Below, in pieces: positions 61,310-64,000 of a DNA stretch of 64,000 nucleotides (positions within the stretch are counted from its first letter, which is position 1; every line of letters starts with the position of its first letter). The translations under genes were made by a program, and so were the position numbers. The stretch lies in NCBI RefSeq assembly GCF_009834535.1, contig NC_045697.1, positions 70,186,001 through 70,250,000 on the forward strand, in the 5' to 3' direction. Origin of the DNA: Camelus ferus. Its lineage: Eukaryota. Under the pieces are notes generated by a model. That model did no database searches. It was not told the DNA's origin and saw only the letters and a list, made by a program, of their open reading frames with translations.

Positions 61310-64000
61310 TGAGAACACACCTTCTTTTTATTCATATACTGAGATAAACTGCAAAGACTGAAAGACAAAAAATTCATCATAAATTATTCAGCAGAACATT
61401 CATTAAAAATCAAATGCATTTTCTTTAACAGTTCTCACACAGAAAATTTTATTTTATAAGTCTGATATAACATTAAATATTTTACAAATCAGACGTTTCA
61501 TTTTTAAATCTAATTGTATAATCTTGACTGTCTACAAAGTAAGATCTCCTTTACCAGTTTCACTTATTTAACTTATACAAGGCTTCCATTAAAATTCGAT
61601 CTCACCTTGAAAATTACTTGCAGCTTTTAAAAACACACGTTCTAAACTTTAAATGGAAAAAGTCTTATGTAGCAATCCAAAAATTGAAAAAACAAAAAAG
61701 GTAAGAAGCATTTCTTAATACAGATAAATTACAAAAGCATCATGTATGTGTGAGTTTCCTTCTCATTGATATAGTCATCCATCCATATAGAATCCAAAAC
61801 AATTCTTTTTAAAATTGATGCTTAAAATACTCCAATGTCACTGAAGATTTTCTGTTATTTTAGTGGTGCTCTTAAGTGGCAAAGTAGAATATCAGATTAA
61901 AACGTCCCAACTCTTGTGAAGTGATGAGACTCACATTCAGGCCGGATTTCATCTGCTATGCAGTTACCAGATGCCTTGGCAACCAGTAATCCCAATTTTT
62001 AATAGTAACTTACTAAACTATTTCAAGAAACACTTCTTACCCCTACATATTTCCAAATTGCTATATATAGAAAGATACAATTATATTTGAAGTATGGGCC
62101 ATATAATAGGAATCTCTGTTTTAAAATATGAAAAAGATCAACAGAAAGAATTCATACCAATAAAATTCTGTGGACTGGATTTCAAAGTTTGAAGTAAGAA
62201 AATCCACTGCTAATGGAAGCCCTGTTCTATGCAAACATAGTGTGGTATATATTAAACAATCACATATTTGAGGTATTAGCTGGAAAATATATATATATGT
62301 ATATGTGTGTGTATGTGTGTATATATATATACATACACACACACACACATACCTATACATGGACACACCCACAGAATATTCACAAATCTATTGGCCCCAA
62401 AACCAGCAGGTAATAAAATTAAAGGAAAAGGAATCACATACTGACAGGAAAGTTACACACAAGGAATTTACAAAAAATGTGGTTACATAATCCTTAATAT
62501 AAGGAATATGTTTTGAATTAACGTTTTGAGGGAAAATGTTTCCATTTATATGAAACTATTTAATAGTAATAAAATGAAAAAGGAATCCTGAATTCTAGGA
62601 CTGTGTTGCCTGCCAGATTATTAAAGGAATATACAAGAATACTTGAACCTCCTCATTCTACCCACTTTTTCCTTGAACTTAAAAATTAGAATTAAACTTT
62701 GGAAGTTATTTTGAGACTACTCTCTTTTCTTTTTTACTGGTTTTAGAGAACTTTATGGATTTTTAACTAGGCAGTAGTCCAATGTGGCCAAGAGATAAGG
62801 TTTTCCAGCTATCTAGTAAAGATTAAAATTAAGATTTATTGTTCATTTTCAGAAGTTTTTCTGTTCAGTTAAGAAAAAAGATTATGAATGCCCTTTCAGT
62901 AGGTTCACTCAGTATAAAGACAGATAGTAGTATGAGTAGTATTGAATGCAAACTTCACATGGGGAAGCTAAATAAATGCACAAATTCTCCTGAACCATTT
63001 GGTCCTTTGACCTAATACTTAACTAAAAGATGGCTCATTTGGTCCTCAGGCCAACATCAAGAAATATTTCACTGCTTTAACACAGGTGGGAGATTTATTT
63101 TTTAATTAAATATGCAAAAATGCATTATTAAGTAATATTAACATGTCACATTTGTTAAATAATTATTGCATTTAAAAATATTACAGATCAACAAAGGGAA
63201 ATCAAGACGTTAATCATTTATCTCAGTAACTTTTACATAGTATAACTAAAGATTTAACAAGAACACTTAAGCATAAAAGTGCAATTAAAGTAAAGAGCTG
63301 GAATTCTACCTTTCCGTTCCTGTGAACACCTGAACTGACATAAAAACAGAGTGGCTTAATAATGCACTGACATATATATATGCCTTAAGGACATATTTTT
63401 TTCTACCAAATCTTTATAAATCATAAAGAATAATGTAATGTTATGAAACAAATACTTATTTAAGCATTCAAATGCAGTCTGTTACCAAAATATATTGTCT
63501 TCACTTATTATTTCTCATTGCTGAGTATTAAATTCTCAGATTTGATCAAAATTCCAGAACTTACAAATGACTAGCACCTGTCTATTTGGGAAGTAAGGAC
63601 TCAAAAGAGGAGGAGAAAAGGTACTATTTACTTTCCCCCAAATCCTCATAAGGACAAGAATGTTTCAGGGTGTGTTTAAAAAGGGATAAAAATGTAAAGC
63701 ATTAATAAATATAACTGCTGCCAACCTTCTAAAATACCAGTTAGAGAAGCTAGTAGAGCAATACTCAAAAAAAGAGGGCTTTTAGGCAATGATTAAAATG
63801 AACAGTACAAATTAACAAATGAAATTGCAAAGCTCAGGTAGCTAAAAATAAGATGGAAAAATGCCGTGATTTTGGTTACAAGAGTAACAAATGTGAAAAA
63901 TCTTACACCTCAAGATAGCTGAAATGAAGTCTTCCTACTTCGTAGAATTAACTCAAAATTCTAAGACACTTGGATGGGCCTTTGCACCATGATACAAGTC
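61310..64000 (-). other. DNAJB14: Probable distal 3' UTR of DNAJB14
   Basis: Inferred from conserved mammalian order DAPP1-LAMTOR3-DNAJB14; AT-rich, repeat-poor sequence with minus-strand AATAAA at 61327-61332 and 61448-61453. No coding exon seen in the window. Confidence 0.5.
62287..62350. repeat. Compound (TA)/(TG)/(CA) microsatellite
   Basis: Direct reading. Confidence 0.9.

Noticed and set aside
473..62490. The many 60-140 aa ORFs in the supplied track as independent genes
   Set aside because: Except where they overlap DAPP1 exons or TE remnants they have no recognisable homology or splice context; many start at non-ATG codons; their lengths are expected by chance

Overview
Mammalian (camelid-like) genomic DNA, AT-rich and repeat-rich; it is not prokaryotic. 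It contains three gene segments. (1) DAPP1/Bam32 exons 2-9 on the + strand (SH2 domain, IYESV tyrosine linker, PH domain; exon 1 lies upstream of the window) with its 3' UTR. (2) The complete LAMTOR3/MP1 gene on the - strand (non-coding exon 1 plus 6 coding exons, 124 aa, CpG-rich promoter at about 56.1-56.7 kb). (3) Probably the distal 3' UTR of DNAJB14 at the right end, inferred from synteny only. All exons were read by hand, have GT-AG junctions and splice into open frames. The rest is interspersed repeats: tRNA-Ala-derived SINEs resembling camelid Vic-1, L1 3' ends, L2, MIR, MLT/ERV LTRs, a near-full-length Tigger1 and a Tigger6-like element. Repeat family names and human/mouse reference residues are from memory, not a database search. 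Nearly all ORFs in the supplied track are spurious. I found no convincing novel biological system. The best second-look items are a WYHG>WYHS change in the DAPP1 SH2 domain, a duplicated ETS-containing intronic module, two orphan CpG-rich patches and a CLEAR/M-box at the LAMTOR3 5' end.
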